Source: an uncultured Bdellovibrionales bacterium
GTDB lineage: Bacteria; Patescibacteriota; Minisyncoccia; Moranbacterales; UBA1568
Direction: 5' to 3'
DNA length: 64,000 bases
Assembly: GCA_964624415.1 (NCBI GenBank)
Contig: CAZUWR010000001.1
Location: forward strand, 3,855 to 67,854
The notes under the pieces are model-generated. The model had not been told where the DNA came from. It was given only the letters and a program-made list of their open reading frames with translations, and did no database searches. The translations under genes were made by a program, and so were the position numbers. Below are positions 19,579 to 28,918 of the stretch, one piece after another (position 1 is the first letter of the stretch; each line of letters begins with the position of its first letter).

Positions 19579-20292
19579 ATGAACGATGTTTTGAAGAACA
19601 GAAGGAAAGATATCATCGTTTCCGTGGATGATTTCGGTATACGCCAGGTAGCGGAGGCTATCTTGCCGCTTGCCCAGAAAGGGAAGTTGGATCGAGTCTC
19701 CGTATTGGTCAATTATGTCGCCTCCAAAGAGCAAGCAGAGGCGCTTTTGGCGACAGGTGTCAAGATCGATCTGCATATGGAATTGATTAAACTGGTGAAA
19801 AGCGGTGAAAAAATGGAAGAGGGTGCTATATTTCGTGGGTTGAATTTTGTCATCCGGTATATGCTTGGATTCATCAAAGAGATTGATGTTGAGCGGTCAT
19901 GGACGCAGCAGATAGAGCGTTTTCATGAGCTCTTCGGACGCTATCCCGACGGTCTCAATTCTCACGAGCACCTTCACTATTTTCCAAAATTTTTCCGCAT
20001 CGCGGTGGCATTAGGTGCCCGGTATGAGATTCCTTTTGTGCGCTTTGCCCGGAAAAGCGTCGTAAGGCGACCTTTTGTCGTGGTTTCCCGGGTCATTGAT
20101 TTCTTTTGGAAGGCTGATAATAAACATTACAGCGAGCAGCGTCGTCCGAGAGATGCAGCGGATTTCTTTGTCAGCTATGACTGGTTGGATGATTTTGATG
20201 ATTTTTTGCTTCATTTGCCGCACGGGACCACGGAGATAGTTTTCCATCCCGAGCGCCCTGCCGAAGCAGCTGTCATAGAGAAGTATTTTTAG
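19579..20292 (+). CDS. YdjC/ChbG-family carbohydrate deacetylase-like protein
   Basis: N-terminal VDDFG motif and metal-binding NSHEHLH motif characteristic of the YdjC/ChbG/HpnK family. Confidence 0.55.
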   Translation: MNDVLKNRRKDIIVSVDDFGIRQVAEAILPLAQKGKLDRVSVLVNYVASKEQAEALLATGVKIDLHMELIKLVKSGEKMEEGAIFRGLNFVIRYMLGFIKEIDVERSWTQQIERFHELFGRYPDGLNSHEHLHYFPKFFRIAVALGARYEIPFVRFARKSVVRRPFVVVSRVIDFFWKADNKHYSEQRRPRDAADFFVSYDWLDDFDDFLLHLPHGTTEIVFHPERPAEAAVIEKYF

Positions 20293-20315
20293 CAGTTGAT
20301 GTGTAAATAAGGGGT

Positions 20316-22184
20316 ATGTTGCAGTTATTGAAGAGAATCAAAAGTGAATGGATACTTTTTTGCCTTGTCATTGCTTTGGGTATTTTCGTACGATCCTATC
20401 ATTTTTCGGATTGGCTTCACTTCGAGATAGATCAGTCGTATGATACGCGATTAGTCTCTCCCGGTGTCGAAAACGGCATCAGTAGCCTTCCTTTGCTTGG
20501 TCCGACGGCTGGTGGAGGCAGGACTTTGCGTCTCGGACCCGCTTTCTATTATCTTGAGTATCTTAGCGCGAAAGTATTCGGCAACACGCCTTCCGGACAT
20601 GCCGGTATAGTCTTGGTGCTTTCGCTGCTTTCTTTGCCGCTTTTTTATCTCCTGTGCCGGCGGTATTTTTCGCGGTACCTCGCGCTCAGCTTGCTGGCGA
20701 TTTTTTCGGTTTCTTTGTATATGGTTCTGTATTCGCGATTTTCGTGGAGCCCCAATGTGCTGCCATTTTTCATGATGCTGATTATGTATGCGCTCTTGCG
20801 AAGCGTATCTTTCGATGAAAAAAGACGCGAAGTATGGTTTCTGACAGCGGTAGCAGCGGTTGCAATCATTACGCAGATACATTTCAATGCGTTTTTTATC
20901 GTACCGCCGGTTGTAGCGATTTTCCTTATGATTAAGCGACCGCGTTTCGGATGGCAGACATGGCTTTCGGCGGTCGCAATCGTCTTAGTGGTATATGCGC
21001 CGGTGATTATCAGCGATATCAAGATGAACGGACAAAACACGATGTATTTTGTTGAAAGACTTGAATTTGGAGGGCAACACAATACGAAAGCACTGGAAAA
21101 GTTGGTTCAGATAACGCAGTATCATGCTGCCGATTATTTTTTGATTGATACGGGTATCGATAAGATCAATGGAAAAAAACTGATAGGGTATGGATGGCAA
21201 CCGCGAGGAATACTTCCTTGGAGACTTATCGCGCTTGCGCTTTTATTCGGTGAGCTGTATGTGCTTACCAGCAATATCCGCAAAGAAAAGGATACACACA
21301 GAAAAGATTTTCTTATTTTCTGCGGACTGCTTTTCTCTCTTTCGTTTCTCTATTTCTTCTCGCTTGCCAAGAGCGGATTCAATATTTATCCGCGATTCTT
21401 TCTTTTGGTCAGTCCATTGGCGATTATACTGCTCGGACTAATGCTTGAGACGCTGCACCCGGAAAGAAATCGGAAGCGGTTGGCGGTGTTTGCGGCAGTT
21501 ATAGCGCTTCTTGTCACATCCAATCTTTATAAGATTAATACATATTTTTCCCAACTGTCGCATACGCAAGAGCAGCCAAGTAAAGTGATGACTGAGGATG
21601 TGCTCCCTAATACGGCGCGTGCAACGCTGTCGGAGCAGCTGGCGGTCGTTGATTTCATCCAGTCCAAGCAAGAGGAGAATGGTTTCCCGGTCTATATCAA
21701 TGCGAAACATGAGTATGAGCCGGTATTTTGGTATCATCTGGAAAGGCGCGGCATCGCGTTTCATGAATCCATCAAAAACGATGTCGCTTATCGGGAGGCG
21801 AACTATTTTCTTATCACCTTTGCCGACAAAGGATTGAAGAGCTATGCATCGCGTTTCACGATCGCGGACAAAAAAACATGTGGTGTATTCAGCGTGTATA
21901 TGCTACGTCCGAATACGGAGAGTATCACCGCAGAGCGACAAACATCGGTAGGGGAAACGCCTATACAAACCCTGCAGATAAACGAGCTTTTCACCTGGAA
22001 TAAGTTGAGGTCATCATGGAATGCTGCGACGGATGCGGCTATCGAGGCGAAAATCCAGCAAGCGGAAACAACAGATATTCAAAATGATGTGACTCAAGGA
22101 CTTTCCAGTAGTGATGAAAACACGAACGGAGATGGCTCTGGTTCTCCTGATACTCCCATCGGTGCAGTCGATGATCTGGAGTAG
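20316..22184 (+). CDS. GT-C fold glycosyltransferase (family 39 / ArnT-PMT-like) with C-terminal soluble domain
   Basis: 622 aa with about 11 TM helices in the N-terminal 420 aa, followed by a soluble domain; architecture of ArnT/PMT-type lipid-linked-sugar transferases. Confidence 0.5.
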   Translation: MLQLLKRIKSEWILFCLVIALGIFVRSYHFSDWLHFEIDQSYDTRLVSPGVENGISSLPLLGPTAGGGRTLRLGPAFYYLEYLSAKVFGNTPSGHAGIVLVLSLLSLPLFYLLCRRYFSRYLALSLLAIFSVSLYMVLYSRFSWSPNVLPFFMMLIMYALLRSVSFDEKRREVWFLTAVAAVAIITQIHFNAFFIVPPVVAIFLMIKRPRFGWQTWLSAVAIVLVVYAPVIISDIKMNGQNTMYFVERLEFGGQHNTKALEKLVQITQYHAADYFLIDTGIDKINGKKLIGYGWQPRGILPWRLIALALLFGELYVLTSNIRKEKDTHRKDFLIFCGLLFSLSFLYFFSLAKSGFNIYPRFFLLVSPLAIILLGLMLETLHPERNRKRLAVFAAVIALLVTSNLYKINTYFSQLSHTQEQPSKVMTEDVLPNTARATLSEQLAVVDFIQSKQEENGFPVYINAKHEYEPVFWYHLERRGIAFHESIKNDVAYREANYFLITFADKGLKSYASRFTIADKKTCGVFSVYMLRPNTESITAERQTSVGETPIQTLQINELFTWNKLRSSWNAATDAAIEAKIQQAETTDIQNDVTQGLSSSDENTNGDGSGSPDTPIGAVDDLE

Positions 22185-22223
22185 GAAAGGTATAATTTCG
22201 ATAGCATATAAAGAATTACGCGT

Positions 22224-23324
22224 ATGAAATCGTTGGTCATCAAAGTTGTGGTATGGATAGCCATTGTAAATATTTTTGCGTTCGTGGCGCTCAACCGATT
22301 CAATCTCAATGCCGATACGGCCTATCGTTGGATTTCTCCCTCGCAGTTTCCTGCAGTGCAGAGTTTCGATTTCGTGAATATGCACAATCGGTGGGATTCG
22401 TACTGGTATCTGGATATCATCCAAAACGGGTACTATTTGAAGCAGGATAATACGCTTTCCAATGTCGTCTTTTTTCCCTTGTATCCGATGTTGATGAAAC
22501 TGGTCGGGACGATTCTTTTTGGGCACTTTATCTTGGCCGGGTGGCTGATCAGTAGCGTTTCGCTGGTACTGGCCTGCACGTACCTGTATCGGATCATACG
22601 CGAGTTTCATCCTGATATCGATCCGGAGCTTCCAGTACTTCTGATGCTCGTCTTTCCAACCGCTTTTTTCCTTAACGTCGTGTATACGGAAGCCTTGTTC
22701 CTGCTACTGACAACCGGGTGTTTTTACTACACATTGCGCCGGCAATTCTGGCATGCGGGAGCCTTTGCTCTTTTCGGTGCATTGACACACAGCAACGGTG
22801 TTTTTCTGGCACTGCCTATTTTCTGGGAGACGGTCCAGCTACATGGATGGAAATCGCTTTTCACGCAGAGAATTTTTCCGATGGCGCTCGCTCCGATAGG
22901 GATGATCTCATTTCTCGCTTTCGATTATTTCAAATTTCACGACCCGCTTTTGTTCTTCAAGATCGAGAGCGCCTGGGGACGATCGTTTTCTATTAATTAT
23001 GATCATTTCTCGCTTTTTTCGCATCCGTCGATTATCAATATGGGTATCGATATCGTATTTACGATACTTATTATCACAGCGGTAGTGCTGGTATACCAGC
23101 GTCTTTCGAGGATGTATGCCGTATTTATGTCATTGACCGTTTTCGCCGCGCTCTCATCGGGGACGCTGATGAGTATCGGCCGCTATAGTCTCGCTTTGTT
23201 TCCACTTTTCATCCTTCTTGCCACCATCAAGAACAAAACCGTTCTGCAGGCGTGGATTTTCGGTTCAGCTCTTTTTCTTGCGATGGACATCACGCTCTTT
23301 GTGACGAATTATTGGGCAGGGTAG
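22224..23324 (+). CDS. polytopic membrane protein, probable GT-C mannosyltransferase-like (PIG-V/GT87-like)
   Basis: 366 aa with multiple TM helices; the N-terminal motif WDSYWYLDIIQNGY resembles bacterial PIG-V-type mannosyltransferase homologues. Confidence 0.4.
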   Translation: MKSLVIKVVVWIAIVNIFAFVALNRFNLNADTAYRWISPSQFPAVQSFDFVNMHNRWDSYWYLDIIQNGYYLKQDNTLSNVVFFPLYPMLMKLVGTILFGHFILAGWLISSVSLVLACTYLYRIIREFHPDIDPELPVLLMLVFPTAFFLNVVYTEALFLLLTTGCFYYTLRRQFWHAGAFALFGALTHSNGVFLALPIFWETVQLHGWKSLFTQRIFPMALAPIGMISFLAFDYFKFHDPLLFFKIESAWGRSFSINYDHFSLFSHPSIINMGIDIVFTILIITAVVLVYQRLSRMYAVFMSLTVFAALSSGTLMSIGRYSLALFPLFILLATIKNKTVLQAWIFGSALFLAMDITLFVTNYWAG

Positions 23325-23668
23325 AAAATGATACCGGCTGTTCCTATGAATGTGAAAATTTTCGTAATACGGCGGATATTCATAGTTTCTTCATATTGGA
23401 TAAGTAAACTATATTCAGTAGACTTTTTACGAGTATGTGAATTATGAAAATTGAAACCGCTTATTCGAAATCAAATCGAACAGTCGAGTATAAGGATGCA
23501 ACAAAAAATGTTAAACAAGGTGCCTGAGATAACATTGTATTTTTTGGGTTATCAAGGTGTTGTGTGCGACGGTGGGTGAGACTATTTCCGATTTCCCTAA
23601 TGTCAAAAAGACGGGAGCATATTAGTATGGAGGTATTGTATCGGGTAATCAGTAAGCCGTTTTGTTTT

Positions 23669-24115
23669 ATGAAAAAATATGCCTACATCATGACACTTGC
23701 AGGGATGGCGTTTATCAATGCGGCTTACCTGAGTTACAAGGCCTATGTGTTTCAATATGTGAGCAAGGTTGATTTCTCGACCTTCTGCAGTTTCTCGGGC
23801 ACTAATTCGTGCTCCAATGTCTTAGCGAGTCCGTATTCTTTGGTATTCGGTATCCCATTCCCATGGATCGCTCTGATCGTCTATCCTGTCTTATTTTTCT
23901 TGGCTTGGCAAGGCTTCCGGAAATCCTCGTATGCTCAGGCGGAGATCTTGGCTGTGTTAGCGGGTCTTGGGATGTGCTTCAACGGGTTTATCATTTATAG
24001 AGAGATCACTATCATTCACGCGTACTGCCTCTTATGCCTTCTTTGTTCTATAATCATTATAACTATCTTTACGCTCTCATTGCTTCTCTTACGCGAAGCG
24101 AAACGGCTGCTTTAA
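23669..24115 (+). CDS. vitamin K epoxide reductase (VKOR)-family membrane protein
   Basis: loop cysteine pair (FCSFSGTNSC) and active-site CLLC in the last TM helix; start taken at MKKYAYIM (the track ORF starts at 23564). Confidence 0.45.
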   Translation: MKKYAYIMTLAGMAFINAAYLSYKAYVFQYVSKVDFSTFCSFSGTNSCSNVLASPYSLVFGIPFPWIALIVYPVLFFLAWQGFRKSSYAQAEILAVLAGLGMCFNGFIIYREITIIHAYCLLCLLCSIIIITIFTLSLLLLREAKRLL

Positions 24116-24126
24116 AAAGATTGCAT

Positions 24127-24792
24127 ATGCGTATCCTTATTGTGGAAGATAATCAAAAATTGGCGACCTATCTGAAGAAAGCTTTGGAAAGCCAAAGCTA
24201 TGCTGTCGATGTGGTGCATGATGGAATAAAAGGAGAAATTCGCGCAAGGTGCGGCGAATACGATGCTGTCATTTTGGATGTGATGCTACCAGAAAAAGAT
24301 GGTATCGCTGTTTGTAAAGGTTTACGCGAAGGGAACATCAATATGCCGGTACTGATGCTCACTGCCAAAGGGGACATTGGCGATAGGGTTGAGGGATTGG
24401 ATAGTGGTGCCGATGATTATCTGGTAAAACCCTTTGAGTTGGAAGAATTGTTGGCACGTATCCGAGCACTGCTTCGCCGACCTCAGGAGAAATATCCAGA
24501 GATTTTGACAGTGCGGGATATTATAATCAATAACGCTACTCGTTCGGTTGAGAAAAACGGGAAAATGATTTTGCTGACACTCAAAGAATATGCGGTATTG
24601 GAATATCTTATACTTAATAAAGGCCGAGCGATGACGAGAGAGCAGATATTGGAACATTGTTGGGATTTCGCGTTCGATTCTTTCAGTAATATCGTGGATG
24701 TGTATATCAAACAGGTAAGAAAAAAACTCAATGACAAAGATGGAATATATATTAAGACCGTTCGAGGTATTGGTTACAAGTTTGAGGATTAG
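24127..24792 (+). CDS. two-component response regulator, OmpR/PhoB family
   Basis: MRILIVEDN receiver N-terminus, phospho-acceptor Asp in LDVMLP, and a winged-helix C-terminus (TVRGIGYKF); start is the ATG at 24127 within the longer track ORF. Confidence 0.85.
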   Translation: MRILIVEDNQKLATYLKKALESQSYAVDVVHDGIKGEIRARCGEYDAVILDVMLPEKDGIAVCKGLREGNINMPVLMLTAKGDIGDRVEGLDSGADDYLVKPFELEELLARIRALLRRPQEKYPEILTVRDIIINNATRSVEKNGKMILLTLKEYAVLEYLILNKGRAMTREQILEHCWDFAFDSFSNIVDVYIKQVRKKLNDKDGIYIKTVRGIGYKFED

Positions 24793-25780
24793 CGCTATCA
24801 ATATAGCAAGAATCAAACTGACGATTTTTTATGAAGCGGTCGTTTTTTTGATACTAGCGCTTTTCAGTGTTGGCGTATACGGGCTCTTCGATAAATCGTT
24901 GGGTGAGGATTTGGGATATCCTCAGTTAGGTATCGGTATTCAGTTGCTGGGACATACCAAGACAGAGCTCGCCAAGGATATCATTGTGGAGGAAAAACAG
25001 AGATTGTTAGTTATTCTCCTGCTATTGGATGGCGTTATTCTTGTAGTTGCCGGAGGAATGAGCTTTGTTTTGGCAGGATATACATTGAAACCGATTCAGG
25101 AAAGTTATGATCGCCAGAAGAAGTTTTTGGCCGACGCTGCTCATGAGTTTCGGACGCCGCTTTCGGTAATGAAGACAGGTATGCAGGTCGCACTCAAAGA
25201 AAGGTTGAATCATGATGGGTATGCACGGATCATGAAAGAGTCCGTCGAGGAAATCGATTTTCTGAACGCGATGGTCGATGACCTTCTCTTTTTGGCGAAG
25301 AGCGACTATTCGAAAAAAACACCATTTACCGAGGTTGATTTTGAGGCGATGATTGAAAAACAGGTCACAGTTATGCAATCGTATGCGAAAGAGAAGCAGG
25401 TTACGCTAACGATTGAAGGGCTCGAGGGTATGAGGGTGTTTGGCAATGAGGCGCATCTGAAACGGCTTCTGACAAATCTGATACACAATGCCATCGATTA
25501 TAATATTCCCGGGGGGAAGGTAGGCGTTTCCTGCTGGAAGGATAGGCATTGGGCACACTTAACAGTGTTTGATACCGGCGTCGGTATTTCGCAGGGCAAT
25601 CTGAAACATATATTCGATCGATTTTATAAGGCGGATTCTTCCCGCGCGAAAAAATCAGGCGGGGCGGGTCTGGGGCTGTCTATCGTACAAGGAATCGTCA
25701 GATCCCATCATGGGCAGATTCATCTTGAGAGTATTGTTGGACAAGGAACAACCGTATTCATAATGTTGCCATTGGCGTAA
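24731..25780 (+). CDS. sensor histidine kinase
   Basis: 2 TM helices; H-box AHEFRTPLSVM, N-box LIHNAIDYN and G2 box GGAGLGLSIV; the true start is uncertain (a TTG at 24782 would reduce the overlap with the regulator to 11 nt). Confidence 0.8.
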   Translation: MTKMEYILRPFEVLVTSLRISAINIARIKLTIFYEAVVFLILALFSVGVYGLFDKSLGEDLGYPQLGIGIQLLGHTKTELAKDIIVEEKQRLLVILLLLDGVILVVAGGMSFVLAGYTLKPIQESYDRQKKFLADAAHEFRTPLSVMKTGMQVALKERLNHDGYARIMKESVEEIDFLNAMVDDLLFLAKSDYSKKTPFTEVDFEAMIEKQVTVMQSYAKEKQVTLTIEGLEGMRVFGNEAHLKRLLTNLIHNAIDYNIPGGKVGVSCWKDRHWAHLTVFDTGVGISQGNLKHIFDRFYKADSSRAKKSGGAGLGLSIVQGIVRSHHGQIHLESIVGQGTTVFIMLPLA

Positions 25781-25906
25781 TGATCCCAGAGAGAATATCT
25801 TCATGTGATTTTCATCTTTGCGTTCTATACTGTCTTATGTAATCCTTTATACGGAGTTGTTGATGTGTAACATAATACGGTTATGCGCGGCGGACTCATA
25901 AGAAGT

Positions 25907-26239
25907 ATGAATAAGAAAAAAGCGATGATGGTAGGCGGACTGGCAATGGCCATTATGTTGTCGAGCAATGTTCTCGGTGCCCATGCTTCGACGACGAAAA
26001 GCACGAGCGACAAAACCGAAAAAGGAACAGTCGTATCGGTCTCTTCGGATTCATTTGATCTGAAGGCGAACAATAAGACTTATACGGTAAAAACGAGTGA
26101 TACGACGGTATTTAAGGATAAGAAGGGCGCTACCACTATGAAGTTGAGCGACATCAAAAAAGGCGACACCGTAAAGGCGAAGGGTGTTTTGACCAAGATG
26201 AAGCTGTCTGCCAAAAGCGTAACCGAATTTTCTCGGTAA
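25907..26239 (+). CDS. small secreted protein, DUF5666-like
   Basis: signal peptide; domain pattern SFDLK...TYTVKTSDTTVF...LSDIKKGDTVKAKG shared with the ORF at 39260. Confidence 0.45.
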   Translation: MNKKKAMMVGGLAMAIMLSSNVLGAHASTTKSTSDKTEKGTVVSVSSDSFDLKANNKTYTVKTSDTTVFKDKKGATTMKLSDIKKGDTVKAKGVLTKMKLSAKSVTEFSR

Positions 26240-26260
26240 GTAGCTCCCGGAAGAGTTTAT

Positions 26261-26300
26261 ACAGGGAGTGATGTTTATGCATTACACTCCCTGTGTTTTC
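26261..26300 (+). terminator. intrinsic terminator
   Basis: 10-bp stem ACAGGGAGTG/CACTCCCTGT followed by GTTTTC. Confidence 0.5.
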
Positions 26301-26342
26301 TATTCAGAAAGATGTCTTTTTAGAACCAAAAAACTGCGCATA

Positions 26343-26371
26343 TTGACAGTTTTGAGGCTATAGAGTAGACT
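26343..26371 (+). promoter_or_regulatory. sigma-70 promoter of rpsP
   Basis: TTGACA, 17 nt, TAGACT. Confidence 0.45.
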
Positions 26372-26408
26372 AGGGGAAGACTTTAAACGGTGTAATCGAT
26401 AGTATATT

Positions 26409-26729
26409 ATGTTGACGATTCGTTTCAATCGAACAGGGAAAAAGAACCATGCCCAATTCCGCGTGGTAGTACAGGAACACACGGTGGCTCCCGGAGGACG
26501 CCATGTCGAGGTGCTCGGAAGCTATGATCCCCATCAGAAAAAGGCTGTACTGAAGGCAGAACGTATCACTTATTGGTTGGGACAGGGTGCTCAGATGTCC
26601 GATTCCGCGTTCAACTTATGCGTCAAAGAAGGTGTGGTCAAGGCCGACAAGAAACGCGCTGTGAAAATAGCTCGTCCGGTCAAGGCGGTTGAAGAAGCCC
26701 CAGCTCCTGTGGCTGAAGTAAAAGCATAG
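26409..26729 (+). CDS. rpsP: 30S ribosomal protein S16
   Basis: MLTIRFNRTGKKNHAQFRVVV N-terminus and YWLGQGAQMSD motif; A/K-rich C-terminal extension. Confidence 0.85.
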   Translation: MLTIRFNRTGKKNHAQFRVVVQEHTVAPGGRHVEVLGSYDPHQKKAVLKAERITYWLGQGAQMSDSAFNLCVKEGVVKADKKRAVKIARPVKAVEEAPAPVAEVKA

Positions 26730-26916
26730 AGAGGCTTCTGTCATTGTGGACAGAGTGCTGTATCGAGGTTTTCCCGGTACACTACCTTGTTCAGAATGAT
26801 AGAGTACAATCGAATATTTTCCGTAGATCCAAGGCATTTGTAAGTCCTTGAGAGGAAGTGCCGATAAACGAATCTCTAGAGGGATAGTATATCGGGTCGA
26901 GCTCTTGCTCTTATGT

Positions 26917-26943
26917 ATCTGCGGAAAAGAACGCAGATTTTTT
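26917..26943 (+). promoter_or_regulatory. terminator-like hairpin in the rplJ leader (candidate L10-leader attenuator)
   Basis: ATCTGCG-GAAAAGAA-CGCAGAT followed by a T6 run, 60 nt upstream of the rplJ ATG within a 270-nt untranslated leader. Confidence 0.4.
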
Positions 26944-27000
26944 AATGGAATAAAACTTTCTCATTTGGCACTCAAATGAAAAAGTTTTAAAGAAGAATGT

Positions 27001-27522
27001 ATGCAAACAAAAGTACAGAAAGAAGAATTGATTGCTCGTATCGTCGAGAAAATCACCGCTTCGAAAGCTATGGTGTTTGCTGATTTCAAGGGATTGACCG
27101 TGAAGGAAGTGACAACGCTCAAGCGAGAGTTGCGCACGACCGGATCCAGTATGGTCGTTCTGAAGAAAACATTACTCAATATCGCTTTGGAAAAGGCTGG
27201 TGTTGAGGTTAATGGTCGCAAATTGCATGGTCAGGTAGCAGTTGCTTTCTCTGCTGACGAGGTATCTGCCGCAAAGGCGGTCGCCAACTTTGCCAAGCCG
27301 TTCAAGGATAAGAAGATTATCGTTGGGGGATCATTGGGAACGAAGGCGTTGTCAGTTGAGGAGGTGAAGGCTTTGGCACTTCTGCCAACGCAAGACGAGA
27401 TGCGCGCCAAGCTCTTGGGAACATTGCAGGCGCCTATTGCCAGCTTTGTCCGCGTATTGGATGGCAATATCAGTGGTTTTGTCCGCGTGTTGCAAGCAGT
27501 TGCTGATAGCAAGACCGCATAG
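27001..27522 (+). CDS. rplJ: 50S ribosomal protein L10
   Basis: 173 aa; conserved L10 N-terminal region. Confidence 0.9.
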   Translation: MQTKVQKEELIARIVEKITASKAMVFADFKGLTVKEVTTLKRELRTTGSSMVVLKKTLLNIALEKAGVEVNGRKLHGQVAVAFSADEVSAAKAVANFAKPFKDKKIIVGGSLGTKALSVEEVKALALLPTQDEMRAKLLGTLQAPIASFVRVLDGNISGFVRVLQAVADSKTA

Positions 27523-27585
27523 CAGGAAGGATTTACGCGTTTGAACGTGGTTTTATAAAGGATAATTTATTGTAAGTATAATCGT

Positions 27586-27987
27586 ATGACTGAAGAGAAA
27601 AAAGACGTAGTAGTGCCGGCAAAGTTCGAGAAGATCGTTGCTGAGATCGAAAAGATGAGCGTGCTTGATTTGTCTGAGCTCGTGAAGGTGCTTGAGGACA
27701 AGTTCGGTGTTAGCGCTGCTGCTCCTGTTATGATGGGTGCTGCTCCTGCTGCTGCCGCTGAAGCCGCTGAAGAGAAGAGCGATTTCGATGTTGAATTGAC
27801 TGCTGCCGGTGCTCAGAAGATTAATGTTATCAAAGCTGTCCGTGAAATCACCGGACTTGGTTTGAAAGAAGCTAAGGACCTTGTTGACGCTGCTCCAAAG
27901 GTAATCAAGGAGAAGGTTGCTAAGACCGATGCTGAAACCATGAAGAAGAAGTTGGAAGAAGCTGGTGCTACCGTAGTATTGAAATAG
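27586..27987 (+). CDS. rplL: 50S ribosomal protein L7/L12
   Basis: Ala-rich hinge plus a conserved C-terminal domain ([24 protein letters not shown]). Confidence 0.9.
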   Translation: MTEEKKDVVVPAKFEKIVAEIEKMSVLDLSELVKVLEDKFGVSAAAPVMMGAAPAAAAEAAEEKSDFDVELTAAGAQKINVIKAVREITGLGLKEAKDLVDAAPKVIKEKVAKTDAETMKKKLEEAGATVVLK

Positions 27988-28024
27988 TCTTTACTTTCAA
28001 GTATCAGTCTCAATCGCGCATAAA

Positions 28025-28052
28025 AGACGAGCCTTTCGGCTCGTCTTTTTGT
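28025..28052 (+). terminator. intrinsic terminator after rplL
   Basis: AGACGAGCC-TTTC-GGCTCGTCT followed by a T5 run. Confidence 0.7.
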
Positions 28053-28107
28053 TGTTTTTATGGTATCATTAAGACATATCGTTTTTATTTTCTAACACTT
28101 TATTCTC

Positions 28108-28749
28108 ATGGAATTTTTCGGATTCAACCTTATCGATTTTGTGAAAGCAGCAGGGTATACGGGCGTCTTTGCGGTTATCTTTGCTGAGACCGGACTCTTT
28201 TTGGGATTTTTTTTACCGGGAGATAGTCTTTTATTTGTCGCGGGTTTTCTTGCGTCACAAGGACTGCTCAATATCTGGGTACTGACCATTTTGCTTTTTG
28301 TGGCAGCGGTAACCGGCAATATCTTGGGATATGCTTTCGGGTACAAGATCGGCCCGGCAATTTTCAATAAGGAAGACTCGCTTCTTTTCAAACAGTCTCA
28401 CGTACGGAAGGCCCAACTTTTCTATGACAGGTACGGCGGGAAGGTGGTTATGATTGCAAGGTTCATTCCCATTGTCCGTACCTTTGCTCCGATTTTGGCC
28501 GGCGTAGCACAGATGAAAAAATCGGTATTTCTCTTTTACAATATTGTAGGGGCTTTGGTGTGGACACTCGGATTGACCCTGCTTGGCTTTTGGCTGGGGA
28601 ATGTGATTCCCAATATCGACCACTATCTGTTGCCGATTGTCGGGGCGATTATTGTCGCGTCTATCCTTCCGGGTGTTATAGGGTATTTCCGAGAGCGAAA
28701 CAAAACTCGCAACACGGTCGACGAAACCATCACTGGCGAAACGTCTTAA
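28108..28749 (+). CDS. DedA-family membrane protein
   Basis: conserved DedA/SNARE-associated motif FAETGLFLGFFLPGDSLLFVAGFLA. Confidence 0.75.
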   Translation: MEFFGFNLIDFVKAAGYTGVFAVIFAETGLFLGFFLPGDSLLFVAGFLASQGLLNIWVLTILLFVAAVTGNILGYAFGYKIGPAIFNKEDSLLFKQSHVRKAQLFYDRYGGKVVMIARFIPIVRTFAPILAGVAQMKKSVFLFYNIVGALVWTLGLTLLGFWLGNVIPNIDHYLLPIVGAIIVASILPGVIGYFRERNKTRNTVDETITGETS

Positions 28750-28918
28750 TCAACTGGTTTGAGGTATATAAAAAGGCCTCACGTTCCCTTGATTCTCTAC
28801 ACCCACTCTGGGTCAGGAATCCTTTGAAATGAAGCCTCTCGGAGGTCGGCTGGGTACTTCTCAGACCACTGCCTCCTCTACCTCGTGATACGCATATATT
28901 TCCATTTTATTTCACCCT

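Noticed and set aside
28750-28918. Tested the GC-rich spacer for a tRNA, SRP RNA (GGUCAGG...GAAGC resemblance) or 6S RNA
   Set aside because: There is no T-loop or anticodon-arm geometry. The SRP domain IV motifs (GNRA tetraloop with AGCAGCC/GGAAG context) are not reproduced. It is kept only as an unclassified structured region.
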